A DNA stretch of 64,000 nucleotides from Octopus bimaculoides (taxonomy: Eukaryota). Below the pieces are notes generated by a model. It saw only the letters and a program-made list of their open reading frames with translations. It did no database searches and had not been told where the DNA came from. The DNA lies in NCBI RefSeq assembly GCF_001194135.2, contig NC_068998.1, positions 44,965,607 to 45,029,606 of the forward strand, given 5' to 3'. Of this stretch, positions 12,490 through 25,610 are shown piece by piece. The position numbers and the translations under genes are program-made. Within the stretch, counting starts at the first letter, position 1. Each line of letters begins with the position of its first letter.

Positions 12490-14260
12490 TACAAAGGTTG
12501 ATTCTATGATCATTCACTGAAAGCCATCAACAAGCAAACATAGCTGATAAAGAGATACACATATCAAAGTATTCTATATTTTAAACTGACAGTTAAAAAA
12601 GAAAGTGACAATAGAGTTGCCATGTATGTTTGTGAAGATATAACACACTTAGTTCTGCTGTCACACTCAAACTCTCCATGTGACACATAAATCATGTGTA
12701 TAAAGCAACTCAGTGTAGTCATACCATATCATATCCACTGGATTTTTCAAATCATAGTGATAAATTTAAGGATAGCCTAAGAAAAATAGAAGTATTAATC
12801 AAATTGGATGAACATATCTAAGTATTTCTTTTGAGTAACTTTGATTTCTCCGGTGTTAAATAGACTGAAGGCAATATTTTATAAGAATGTTAACTATATG
12901 ATCAAAGACCAGCAGAATCTCTATTTGAACTTTCTAATATACTGTTTTTGGAACAAATAATACTCCACCCTATTAAGGGCAACAACATTTTAGATCTCTG
13001 CTTCACAAATAAAATCGAACACATCCATAATGCAAAGTAGTTGCCAATGATTTTTCAGTTCATAATCTGGTAGAACATAAAAAGCCGGTGAGCTCTCTTC
13101 CACCTGAACTTTCACAAGGTTAATTGGAAATCAGTTTAAAACAAGATCCTCAAACTGAACCAGCCTGAAAGTCTTTCTATGCAATGGTACAGAACTTAAG
13201 CAATTTATGTCAGCTAGTAAAGTCCATAGAATTTTCATAGGTTTTGCTAGTGAACATCCTAAGAAATTTAGTTGCTTGTTGTTATTACGATGGTGGAGAC
13301 AGCAGTGAATGGTAGGCAAGATAGAGAGAGGGGTAGGGAGGGAGAGCTGGAAGAGGAATTTGTGACAAGTGTTACTTGACATGGTAAAAGTGAAAGATGG
13401 GCGAGTAAAGGAACAAAAGAGAAATGCAAATGAATTGGTACATATGTATAATCATACATAAACACATACTCGTATGCACACACACACACACACACACGTG
13501 CACACACACACACACACACGCAGACATGCACACATGAGAACTGTAACAGTTTGTTGTGGTGATAATGTGTTGGTAGAGTGTTAATTAATGGAGGTGGTTT
13601 CTGTAAATTGACAGTAAACAATTATTTTTGTGGAATGAAATTACAAGACAATATACTGTATGATCTAATGCATGCACATTGGTGCAAATAATGCATGCAC
13701 CTTGGGGCAAGCAATGTCATCATCGAACACCACCACTATCATCACAACAAACAACCATCCCCACCATTATTTACCATTATCATCTCTTGTTTATTCTTTT
13801 TTCTATAACTTTTCATTTCTCTCTCTCATCTTTGAGTTACTTCTCTTAGTGAGACAGAAAAGGAGAGTAGAAACATTCTCTTGTATTTAATATATAGATA
13901 ATGAAAACCATATGCATTAAATTTGTCCAAGATAAAAAAGGCCAACATACTCAAAAATATAATTTATTTGGGAAAAAAGTAGTTCTTATAAGGCAATTAT
14001 CAAAGACTTCAAACTGCTTACATGGACAGCTCAAGTACAGGATAAGGATCTTGCCTAAAATGGATTTTCCTAGAAATATAAGACAAAATCAAACTCTTTT
14101 ATGGAAAGGTAAGATCAGAAAGAGAAAGTAGGGCTGTAGTGGATATACAAATTAACCCTAAAATTTTGTAGAAGTTTGCTAGAAAGTCAACCATCATGCA
14201 TTACAAAATAGGGTAAACTTTGCAAAAACAGATACCTTGCTAACTACAGAACTTGAAAAG
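12490..14260 (+). mobile_element. Decayed CR1/L2-like LINE ORF2 (APE endonuclease and linker), split by a ~650-bp insert containing (CA)n
   Basis: Manual translation across stops and frameshifts gives SFTESHQ..., RVAMYVCED..., LSNFDFSGVK* (GDFNFP-like), LEQIILHPIKGNNILDLCFTN, SVHNLVE (SDH-like), LNFHKVNW, and after the insert ICIKFV... and AVVDIQINPKIL*KFARKS...KIG. Motif order matches CR1/L2 ORF2 as I know it. Confidence 0.75.
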
Positions 14261-17200
14261 GGCAAATGAAATACTGTCTGAACTATCTTTCTTACTCTTT
14301 CACATTTTACCAAAAAATTTATCTCTAAAATTGAAACTCATCAAAACGCCCATTTGTATCAACCTGTGGAAACTGTAACTGAACATCCACCATATCTATT
14401 TCCCTACTAAAGGAGGGCTTATTCAGCAATCTTATTGAAATCATAAAAGAGATAGTTATTCCCTCATTCCCTCCCCTTATCCCATAATATAAGACTTGTT
14501 TTGTGACTTCACACGGTAACTTTGTCATAGAAAAGACGAAGATGAAACCACAAAAAGTTAAAAAAAGTATAAAATAGATTTAAGCTATTATCATTGATGT
14601 TAGTGTAAATTTAGTAATCTATAAAGTATTGTTTTGTTCGTTATTTTTTCTTCTATATATTTATTTATTTATAGATGACTACTCTTTGTCTAATTCTAAT
14701 ATTATCTGTATTCATTGAGGAAGGCTAAAGAAATGTACTTTCACAAATAAAATTTCACTGTGAATGCTTAATTGAATAAAATGTTTGCATTCGCGTTGGT
14801 TTCCTGCACTCAACATTTAATTTATTCTTTTATTTCAAATGATTTTGTTAATGTAAAATAATTCATACATTTTTAAGGGGCTATTTTATTATGTATCTGT
14901 GTGTGTGTCTGTCTCAGTATTCTATGTAAATGAAGGTACTTAGTACCTCACAACCCATTGATTGTTTAGGCATCATGACTAGGGTATCTAGAGCAATAAA
15001 GCCTAGCAAAGTATATCATTTACAAAAGCTATACTCAAAGAATGATTTGTGCTTAGCACTAAAGGCTGTCTAACAATTCTAGTGCTCCTACTACTTATTG
15101 TGGGTTATAGATATATTTTGTACTGGACTACAGATAACCAATCATTTTGTGCTAAATAGTCATTTGAGGTTCAAGTGTAGTGCTAAGACACATTGTAATG
15201 GGTAAATGAATATAAGGGCATTCTTCTAATACCTTCTTATTCCAATCACTTTCATTCTTTTCTGTCACTCTCTTTTCCCCCCAGTATACCATGAGAGATA
15301 ACATTACACCAATACAAACCCTATTCATCTTTCCTTATCAACTGGCTACTTATACGTGTGTCCAGAAGGCATTAGTCTATTAGCCTGGACCAACACTTTA
15401 AGATCTCTTTCTACTTTCTGTACCTAACTAGCACATTTAGTGAAACGCTGTCAGTTTCACTCTGCTATTGACAAGAGCTGATGCAGTGTAAAGAGATAGA
15501 TAGTGCTTATGACAAATATCTTCCCATTGTTACTATGCTCCAAGTGCCCTCCTCTGATAAACCATGTTTGATTTAGTGTGGATACTCAATTACTTGGCTT
15601 TCTCTATAAACCCCCCTACCATGTCATACCATGGAGAACATCTTACTTGTTAACATAGAAGTTAGCCTCAGCTTGCTTCAGACAAACTTTGGGCATTTTC
15701 AATTACACCTGCAACAATAGCTGATACAAGATACAGGGTACACTCTTAATTGAAGATAGTATCTGAGACAACCGTTTGTTCATTTGTTATTATCCCTACC
15801 CTGAACAAATGCGTTCCCTGATAAAAAAAATATAGTGAGAAGAGTGACAAAACCTCTCTTGTAATGGTGAACAAGCAAATGGAGACAACATAGGGTGAAG
15901 AGAACTTCTTAGTCTTTCCAGGAACAGAGAACTCTCTAGTGTCAGTTACACTCTGTACATTTTGGGAAATGGTTGGCAGTAGGAAGAAACCTTGCCATAT
16001 CTGTATGATTATTTAAAAATTTAAATCATATATTGTTGCTATTATGGTAAACTGTTGTATGTCCCAATTTGGCCAAATGCTTTTTTTTTCAATATTTATT
16101 TTTGCTTGCAATAAGCCGGTTCTTTTTGGTCAAATTATCATATCTCCAACTGCTTCAGATACCAAGATATCAAAAACTGTCAAGTGGAGTACAACGGTTT
16201 TGCTATGGAATGGTGAAACAATTGTTTTGTTTTCTGTAAAAGCAATGTTTTGGACTTAGAAAACTTTTGCATAACAGCAACAATGTGCACTTTAGATATG
16301 AAATTAGTGTTATAATCTTACTATTGTCCAAACAAATGAATTTTCTTGTATTGTTTGAAACACATGAATGCAGGGTAAACAAAATTTACAGAAAGAAAAT
16401 TAGCTTGTTTTGAAGTAATTTCTGACATTGTCAAGAGAATTGCTTTCTCAAAGATAGTTTTATGCATGTTAGATATAAATATAACCTCCATTTGACATTT
16501 TTGCTGCCCAAAAAAATTTAAGATATTTGTAATTATTTTATGTAGTTTCTACAAAAGACTCATACACATGCTGAAATTGCTTTTTATATACACCAGGTGG
16601 TGCGCATTTACTTGAAATTCAATTTAAAAATATCTCTTTCTATAAAGTATATTGAGTTTACAATGAAAATAAAATTTTTCTTCTCGACATGATTTGTTTT
16701 AATGAAATATCATTCAAAATTGTTTCTACATTTCCAGTTCATCACCCTCAGTATCCACACAGTCATATTTTTGTCTAATTTTATCTCAAATGGATAGTTT
16801 TAAAAAATAAGAAAAAAATTATTTTATTTTGCTTCACTTTAGACTTATTGATTCTTTTTTAATCAATAATGATATATTTTTTATATAATAAATGAATTGT
16901 TTTTGGTTCTAAAAATAAATATAAAAAATTATTTTTGTTTCAATTTGTATGTTAATTTTATATTTTTCACAGTGCTAAATCAAATATACCTTATAAACTG
17001 TTATTTGGTTAAATCTAATAAAATTCTACTTGTTAGGTGAATACTAAATGGGATTTTTTCCACATATTAAGACAAATATAATTGGAGAAAAGTTATTGTG
17101 CTGGAATACTGATCAAATGATTTTCGATCTGAAACTTTACTTTATTTGTGCTGTATACCTGAGCAAAGCACATTATCCCACTGGCCTTAGCCTGCCTTGT

Positions 17201-17351
17201 CAGTAACAGTCTGTCTTCCTGCTTCACAGATGAATGGTTTTCAATATAGAGTACCAGCCAGTTGTGAAGTAATAATAATAAAATTCACAAAATTATTTCC
17301 AGGCTACTTGCAAAAAAAGAAAAGACTAGATACTATAAAATCCCTTTAATA

Positions 17352-17678
17352 GCCTGCCTCACTATCTGTTACAATAATGAATGTTCCAGTTGATCTGGTC
17401 AATCAAATAGCATGCTCTTGAAATTAACGTGCAACTGGTTGAGCTTTCCACAGACATGTATATCCTCAATGTAGTTCTCAGGGAGATTAAGCGTAACATA
17501 GAATGTGTTAAGCCTGGCCGTTTGAATTACAGGTACAACTCAGTTTTACCAGTTGAGTGGACTGGAGCATTGTGAAATAAAGTGTTTTGCTCATGGGCAC
17601 AACGCCAGTCTGGGAATTGAACTAAATACCTTATGATCATGAGAAAAATATCCTAACCACTAAGCCATGTACTTTTAC
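17352..17678 (-). mobile_element. SINE family E with 14-bp target-site duplication
   Basis: tRNA-like head on minus strand (tggcttagtggttagg...ttcaattccc); aaatccctttaata at 17338-17351 and 17679-17692. Confidence 0.82.
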
Positions 17679-19547
17679 AAATCCCTTTAATACACACACA
17701 ACATATGTATCATCATCATCATTTAACGTCCATTTTCCGTGCTGGCATGGGCTGGACGGTTTGACTAAAGCATGTTTATACCAATTTTTGTATGAGGGGC
17801 ATATGTTTGTATGTGTGTCCCCATAAGTTTTTACTTTGTGTGTGTGTGTGTGTGTGTGTGTTCTGTTCGTGTAGATTATAAATCATTGACATAATGAAAT
17901 AAGTTTCATTTTGTGATTCATAAACTTTATGTTAATATTCTGATGAAAATGAATTGAAGGGCCATTGCAAGTATTATAAGAAAAACAACTTAAGGTGATT
18001 GAAATTCATCTTACCACCAAAAGTGGTAGATAAGAAATTGAAAGAAAAATAGTGAAGCATCTAAAATTTCAAAATAACCTCACTGAGTTTTTGGTTTGAC
18101 ATATTTAATACAATTATTCATCATTTGAAAAGAAACTGCTCTAAACAATATAAAAAAATACCATTTTCAGCTTTAAATTTTCTCTTGAATTTTGAGTGGG
18201 AAGGTATAGGGAAGGAGGAGTGAAATATTAAACTTTCGAAAATATTTTGACAAATTTCTTTTTAAACTAAATACATAGGTTGTTTAGATATCTATACATT
18301 CTGAAAATTGATTTATTACTCAACGTCTCCAATATATTTTCTGTAACTCTTTATGTTGTTTATATCCACTTACATTTGTTGTTAGGTAAAGTATAGCACT
18401 TAATTCTTTTCACTCCTCTTCTGAACCTAATTTTTCATGCCTGTCAATTTGCCATTATCCTGAAATTCAATGCGAAATTCAGCATAACCCTTTCTCATAT
18501 ATTGTGTAATTCACCATAGTAATTCATTTCTTTCATTGTTGTCATTAAGTTTTCTTACATTTCGAAGCATTTTATAATCTCTACAGTTCTTGACCTTCTG
18601 TCAACTCAGTTATTCTAAATAGTGAAATTCAAAAATATTTTTCTATATTTCAAAGGGAATATTTTGGATAGTCTTAAAAGGGTCCTATGAGTTAAGAGAC
18701 TGAACACAGTTTACTACTAAACTGACTGAACTGTGTAAGAAAGATTTATTTACCTGTCATGAGTAAGCTGGATTTTGGAACGTAAACTAATATGGACTTT
18801 TGAAATTTAATGGAAGTTTTTAATTTAGTAACTCCTATAGCACTACCTTCCATCACTCAGCAGTTAACATCCTTTGTAATTTGTACTCTAAAATAATATT
18901 GCTACATTCCATATTACGTATTTTCTCCAAATGTCTATCTATGTGCATATACTATACTTTGTGTGTTTTCATGCCAGAAAGTGATTGTATTATGTTTATT
19001 TTTCTGTTGTAAAAAAGTTCCATTGGAAAGCATCTCTTATGTTCCCATTCAAAGACATGGATGGAAATATAAGTTTCATGCTTGAAAATTTTATATTAAA
19101 GCAACATTTTTAGGAAAACTGAATTCTGTAATGAACCTTTCTTTTTCAAGCATAAGTGTTGTCATGTGTAAAGCTTGCATATGTAAATCGTGCAGTTGAT
19201 TTGTTTCAAACTCTTACCACTGTAGTTCAAATAGCATTGTTGTGTGGGTGTCAAAACTGGAACTAACCAATATTCTGTATGAGAACGAAGTTTAACTTCA
19301 TTTCAGAAATAATTTCCTTTCAAAAGGCTTCTTGTTTGTACTATCTGTGCTAATTTTTTTTCTTTTTTTGCCTTTTATCAAGCAAACTGGATATTTTCTT
19401 CCTTTGATTTTTCAAGCTTAATGGCTATTAATACCTTAAGCTGTGAAAATTTTGTGATATTATTTATTAAGGTTTTATTTATTATTAATGATTTAATTAG
19501 GAAATCGATGTCAGAAATTCAATATCATGTGAATATATATATATATA

Positions 19548-19604
19548 NNNNNNNNNNNNNNNNNNNNNNNNNNNNNNNNNNNNNNNNNNNNNNNNNNNNN
19601 NNNN
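19548..19604. other. Assembly gap (57 N)
   Basis: N-run flanked by (TA)n. Confidence 1.
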
Positions 19605-19821
19605 ATATATATATATATATATACACATGAAATCACTTATATGTAATCAACCTAACTCTATTCAACCTACCTAGGTAGATGACAGGACATGACAACAGGT
19701 AAAGATTAACGACAACAGATACAATTCACTTTTACAGTGTATGTGAATTATTATCAAAGTGTATCCACAAATCTCATCCTAATTCACACAATAGTTATAT
19801 TTTTATGATTTTTATATATTG

Positions 19822-19965
19822 GCTTAGGAAGAGTGGAAAAATAGAGGAAGCATAGAATTATATCAGGTAGCAGGAAGCAGGGTTAAGCAACAGATTTACT
19901 TAGCAGGAAGAGAAGCAGAAAGCAAGAGGTTTGTCAATGTTCTACAGCAAGCATTTGAGATTTAA
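19822..19965 (+). mobile_element. RTE-like LINE ORF fragment
   Basis: A*EEWKNRGSIELYQVAGSRVKQQIYLAGREAESKRFVNVLQQ resembles the pre-RT linker I recall from octopus LINE-derived proteins (WKDWKNGGSRELY...QVYLARGEAEKKKFANVL); recall only. Confidence 0.5.
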
Positions 19966-20784
19966 CTGGAAAGCATGACACTGATAACCTTAGATTAAAC
20001 ATAGGTCTAAATAAGGACTTAGAATTGCTATTTGAATGACACTGCAACCTGAAGTACTAAAGTTTAATCTAAGTTAGTGATTGGTCATAGATATGGCTGA
20101 GATAAGTCAAATAATGCATTTAATAATGACCTCAATTGAGTTGGAGCTAGATAGTTTGACTCAAATAAAAAGAATCTTTTGAACAGGCTCATTTAACCAC
20201 AGCCATTAATGGAGGAGAGTTATGAAGATGGTAAGTATGATAGTAAGATATAACTGAATTAAATTGAACATTTAAGGAATTTAAAGAGCAATTACTGGAA
20301 ATTCCATTACCATCCCAATAAGTAATTTAACTTTTATAATGACTGATTTATTAACCTTAAAATGTTAAGGCAAAATATGCTGAGTTACTTTGAACTATTT
20401 TTCCCCATTGCATGTCCTACATGCTGCATAGAAAAGTGCATGCAAAGTTTGTTTTCAAAAAATAAATTCATCAAGTTTTCTAATTAACATCCTTTCATCT
20501 CTGCAACACTTCTAAATTTATAGAATCAATAATCAATAAACTGTCTCATTTTGAATTATATTTTTACCCAGAGTGTGGTGATGTTATAGTAACCACTGAT
20601 ATATATCTTTAGCAACATCACAACTAAATTACTTACAGAAAGTAAACTGATTTTACTGAAGGCTTAAGTTTTACCTAGAAATATTATCGTTACAGTCATT
20701 TTGAATTGTTAACCCATTATCATGATGTACCTTGTGACTACTGCAGCTGATCTCAAAAGCTTTTGGGAGGTGTTCCACTCAGAT

Positions 20785-21149
20785 CAATAATAATAATAAC
20801 AATCCATTTTATCAACTTCTGGGGAAGAGACTAGGTTATTACATTGACCCCAGTGTGTAACTGGAGCAAAGTCAACCTCAGCAGAATTTGAACTCAGAAT
20901 GTGAAGACAGACGAAATACTGCTAAGAATTTTGCCCATCATGCTGAGGATTCTGTCAGCCCATCGCCTTAACAATAATAATAATCCTTTCTATTGAAGGC
21001 ACAAAGCCTTGAAATTTGGGGACAGGGGACTAGTTGGTTACATCGACCCCAGTATTTCACTGGTACTCAATTTATTGAACCTGAAAGGATGAAAGGAAAA
21101 ATCGATCTCAGCAGAAGTTGAACTCAGAATGTAAAGACAGACCAAATGA
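20785..21149 (-). mobile_element. Two head-to-tail SINE family C copies
   Basis: Units ~20785-20969 and ~20971-21149, each with gaatttgaactcagaatgt...agac, joined by (AAT)n. Confidence 0.78.
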
Positions 21150-21689
21150 ATTTACTTATTTGTCATAGAATATTTGTAAAAGCTTGCCTGAAATACTAAG
21201 AACCTTTCATGGTGTTATTTCATGTGAAATAAGCTACAATTGTAGTGCAGATAAATGAACAAATAAATTTATATTACAATTCCAGTAAATTAAAAGTATG
21301 AATGAAATTTGTTGAAAAGAAATCAACTTGGTAATATTAAAGATCCAAAAGTACACCTTAAAGATCCAAAGTACTATCATTGGATTTGATCTTAACATAG
21401 TAATATGCTTTTTACTTCTTTTTTTCTTATTTCCTTGTAATTAAAGGAAATTATTAACCATATTAGGATAAAACTAAAATTACTACAATACACAAAATAA
21501 TTTCCTGCTTACCATTTCAAATGCCGAAATGTCTAGTAGTGGGTTTTACTGTCCAGATTGAAGATTAGTTCCTTGAAAAAAATTGATAGATACTGATTAA
21601 AAGAGGAATGAATCAATGCTACAGGCAACTAAAAATTCTTATTAAAATTAGTGTTCAGAGATGAATGATACAGAAGATATATCTTACAA

Positions 21690-22450
21690 AGTGTTTCAAA
21701 ACACAAGAAATGTGTAACGAGGCACAAGAAGCCAGTGCCATCTTGAACGAGATCTCACTGGTGGCTATTGCCATGTGCAAGACAAGAATGAGATCTCACA
21801 TGCAACCATTTGCAATGTGTGGGACAACAATGAGATTCTCACCGGCAACCAGTATTTAAGCAAGAAACCAATGACATCCACTCTCATTCCTTCTCATGCT
21901 TATGCTGAGAAATACTGTGTAGCCAGCAGCTCACAGTGGACTCTTGTCCTGCTCTGATTCCACATGCTTGTCTCCAGAGGTAATGAACCACACGTGTACA
22001 GAGTTAAGACAAACCATGTGCTGCTATAAAGATGGTTACTGAGAGCGAACCACATGAAGGAGAACTCTGTAAATAAATGGCTATTGAATTGTACTCTGCT
22101 TATAAACTTCTTTGTGTTCCAGATCCTTGAAACTACAAAAATGATTATAATGGGAGAAGGAGATACTCCACAGGTATCATAAACCTTCCATCCCTTTACA
22201 TCCAGTATAAAGGTCTTATATCAACAAATATATTTTCTATTGAGCGCCATGATTGATCGCTGACCAAAACATTCAATTTTTTTTCTCCGTGTTTTTCTCC
22301 TTGTTTTCTCCTTATTCTTTCTGCTGAAGAGCGTAACTTGAAACGTTAAAGACTTTCTGTATTCCGGAGCATTAAACTAATACATCCTTTTGTTGTTTAC
22401 ACCACCTGTCCTCGTCTGTTGTTGTTTTTTTTGTAAATTCTCCCATAGAT
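21690..22450 (+). mobile_element. Penelope-like retroelement remnant with characteristic 3' terminal segment
   Basis: Terminal segment ctgctgaagagcgtaacttgaaacgttaaagac...gagcattaaactaatacatcc...acaccacctgtcctcgtctgttg resembles the CTGAnGA...CGAAAC type ends of Penelope-like elements; locally higher GC upstream. No intact RT or GIY-YIG motif read. Confidence 0.4.
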
Positions 22451-24299
22451 AATTAATAAGTATAGTTGGGTAATTATTCATTGCTTTTTTAAATAAAAAA
22501 ACTGCTTGTTTAAAGTAAGTATTTTAGAGAGTAAAAAATGGATGAATGTGCAAAGCAATGCACAATATTTTTATTACATGTCTTGCTTATATCCCAAGAA
22601 ACTATCTTTTCTCAAATTTATTAAATGGTTGGGAGACATGATATTTTTCATAATCAATTACAACAGATGAGAATTCTATTGAAGATAAGATTGGTTCTCA
22701 TCCACTTAATACTACAAAACTGTGCTAATCACCAACTCTCTATATCTTAGTATTCTAAGATCTATGTAAACGGATTAACATATGTATGTTTTAAATCACA
22801 GAATATGTGTTTGTTGTACAGTTTAAATAAACAGTTTGAAATATTTTTATTTAATATTGTTTTAATAATTTATAAGTTTTAAATTTTGTAAATTCTGATA
22901 TTTACTTAGTTTCTTGAAGCAGGTTCTCTTTAACTGGATTACATTACTTTTTAATTCTAACTGCTCGACAATGTGTGTATGTTACATATTTTTAAGTAGA
23001 GAGATTGATGCAATAATAGTAATTTGTATGTCCTTGATAAATAATTATTCCCATTGATTAATTTGTATTCTTGACCTTCGGCAATCCAATATCTTAATCA
23101 GCTACCAGAGACTTCTCTACCCCTAACTATAACAGCTGTCTGGTCACAGTTAGCATAATTTCAAATTGAACTGACAAAGGCATACAAGGCCATTTTTCAT
23201 AATTGGTATGCTAATATTTTAATATTTCACTGGGCTGGATAATAGAGCTTACTAATTATAGATGATGTTAAGGTTGAAAGGATGATGAATTAGGGATGAT
23301 GTTAAATGTACAAGAGATGGTGAATTAGAGATGATGTTAAATATAGAAATTCTAACTCAACCGTGGCTTTCACTTATGCATTTCATTAATTATACAAACC
23401 TGGTAAGCATTCATCCATGTGTTTTCAACTTGCCATTACATTTGTCAGCTTTCTATGAACATGTCATCCAATCTCTCTTGATGGTCAAGATTCCTTTGAA
23501 AGAAGAGTTTGCTGCTTTATTGGTTTGCTATTAAGACATAAAACTTTAGATCTAAGGGAATGAGAAAAAATATATTGTGGAACCTTCATGCTCTTTTCGG
23601 AGGCATTGCAATAAAACGGTTACAGCTAGAACACTACTACTTTCCCTCACTATGAATTTATTGATGTCCTCTGTTATCTTTTATATAGATATTTTACTCT
23701 TGCATCATCAACAGATCTCAAACTAAGATGAGAATTACAAATCTGTTCTTTGAGTTGAACTCTCATGAAGTGATTTTAATAAACAGTTTGCCCTTCATCA
23801 TAACAATAATAAATTAAATGAAAATTAACACCTTAAGATTTACTACTGTTAAAGTTGTTTTATTTTGATTTTCTTTTTCAATCCATACTATTTGAATGGT
23901 TAAAGGATGGCATCTAATTTCAAAGTGAGAACAGCAATTTCAAAATTGTGAAGAGTTATTTTAAAGTGAGGAGATGTTACTTAGAATTTAAACATTGATG
24001 ATTTAATTAACCAAGAATACATATGCATTTTCACACAGTGGTATAGCATGGAAGACTGTATGAGAATATGATGCTCTGATATTATAAACAATACAAAATT
24101 GAAATCTCACCCTTTTGAAGAGATGTTAATAGTTATTTCTATTGCATATATGCATGAAGGGATATTTTACTGACAATGCAGTATCTTATCATTTAAGAGT
24201 TGGATCTGCTTATTATCTAAACAGTGTGTTTTTTATAGCAGTTATATTGTAAAAAATATTTTTTAAGCCATATGCTAAAAAAACAAAACATACACACAT

Positions 24300-24830
24300 G
24301 ACAGGGTTCAACACTACACACTGGTTGTTATGATCATGGATTGGTTTTCAAGGATCTTGCTCAATCCATACTCATCTATTTGAAGACTGCTAACAGGATA
24401 ATTTCAGGCAATGCAAAGAGAACAAAGCATGCTCAAAGGAAGTAGACGCAGAATGAAGTTTGATGAAGAAATGCATCTGTATTTGTTAAAGATAATAAAT
24501 AACAGTCCATTAGTCACCTTGTGAGGGATAAATAAAGACACGAGATTGATTTTTCCACAAACGACTGTCGTTAATGATAGTTGCATTTCAGAAACATTAG
24601 GTGACATGTACATAACAAGAATAAAATGGTACTATAGCTTAAGGCTAGAAACTGACTTGATGTGTTCGTTGCTTGATCTGAATTTACCATTTGGTATTTG
24701 ACAATATATATTTCCTCTGGAAAAAAACAACATTTTTTGTGGATGAAAGTAGTTTTAACTTTCACACTACTAGCACCAGTGACTGGGGCCAGCTTGCATT
24801 TCACAGACAGGGCAAAAATTTAATATCATT
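24300..24830 (+). mobile_element. Decayed IS630/Tc1-like transposase remnant
   Basis: Translation YDHGLVFKDLAQSILIYLKTANRII, RRMKFDEEMHLYLLKIINNSPLVTL*GINK...FPQ...DSCISETLGDMYIT, then FVDESSFNFHT (first catalytic Asp, FxDExGFN-like). No TIRs identified. Confidence 0.6.
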
Positions 24831-24889
24831 GTTGCTGAGTCAAGCACAGAGGTACTGTTCTTGACAGAATTTCATAATTACATAAAAAT

Positions 24890-25070
24890 TCTTAGTGGCA
24901 TTTAGTCTGTCTTTATGTTCTGAGTTCAAATTCCACCAAGGTCGACTTTGCATTTCATCTTTTCGAGGATGCTAAAATCAATATCAGTTGAGCACAGGGG
25001 TCAACGAAATCGACTTACTCGCTCCCTCGAAATTGCTGGCATTGTGCTAAAATTTGAAGCCATTATTTAG
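24890..25070 (+). mobile_element. SINE family C copy, 5'-truncated
   Basis: tttatgttctgagttcaaattccaccaaggtcgactttgc...aaattgctggcattgtgctaaaatttgaagcc. Confidence 0.8.
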
Positions 25071-25488
25071 ATGAGCATTTTGAAGGCCAGGATATATTTT
25101 CATATTTAATAAATCACCTGTTCACCAGAAGATCGTGGTTTCCATTCAAGATATTTATAGTTATGTTAGAAACATCTACTGAAGTCTTTGCCTATACTTA
25201 ATCCCACAGAGTTCCTCTTTTTCCATACAGACTGGAATAACTGCAGGGCTTTCTATCATTTACACTATCAGTAGCAACCAATTTTACAGTTATTACTAAA
25301 GTCATTCTTTGAGATAACATTCTCGGAAAATTGATATTGTGTGCCAATGGCACACTTTTGAAAGGACTGGAAGCCACTACAACCATCTAATGAAATTTTT
25401 GCCATAATTAGCCAGGTGAAGTTACATTGTTGACATTACAAATGTTGTTACTATGTTATATGTTCTACTGGATAAATCTCTTGTATTA

Positions 25489-25610
25489 ATCTCACTTTGA
25501 AATTGCTATTCTCATTTTGAAAGGCAATGACACATTTTGAAGTCAGTAATCTCACTCAGAAGTGCCAATGTCTCACATTGAAGTGACATGGTCTTATTTT
25601 GAAGTGACAC
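25489..25610. repeat. Degenerate 20-21-bp minisatellite, six units
   Basis: Units of type tctca(c/t)tttgaagtg.ca.tg, e.g. ctcactttgaaattgctatt / ctcattttgaaaggcaatga / cacattttgaagtcagtaat / ctcactcagaagtgccaatgt. Confidence 0.8.

Noticed and set aside
14325-14528. 67-aa minus-strand ORF with protein-like look
   Set aside because: No convincing splice sites or recognised motif; lies at the edge of the LINE fossil.
14675-14728. MTTLCLILILSVFIEEG signal-peptide-like start after a strong acceptor
   Set aside because: Stops after 17 codons with no donor before the stop.
25489-25610. Possible CRISPR-like repeat array
   Set aside because: Eukaryotic context, no unique spacers, units are contiguous and degenerate, no cas genes.
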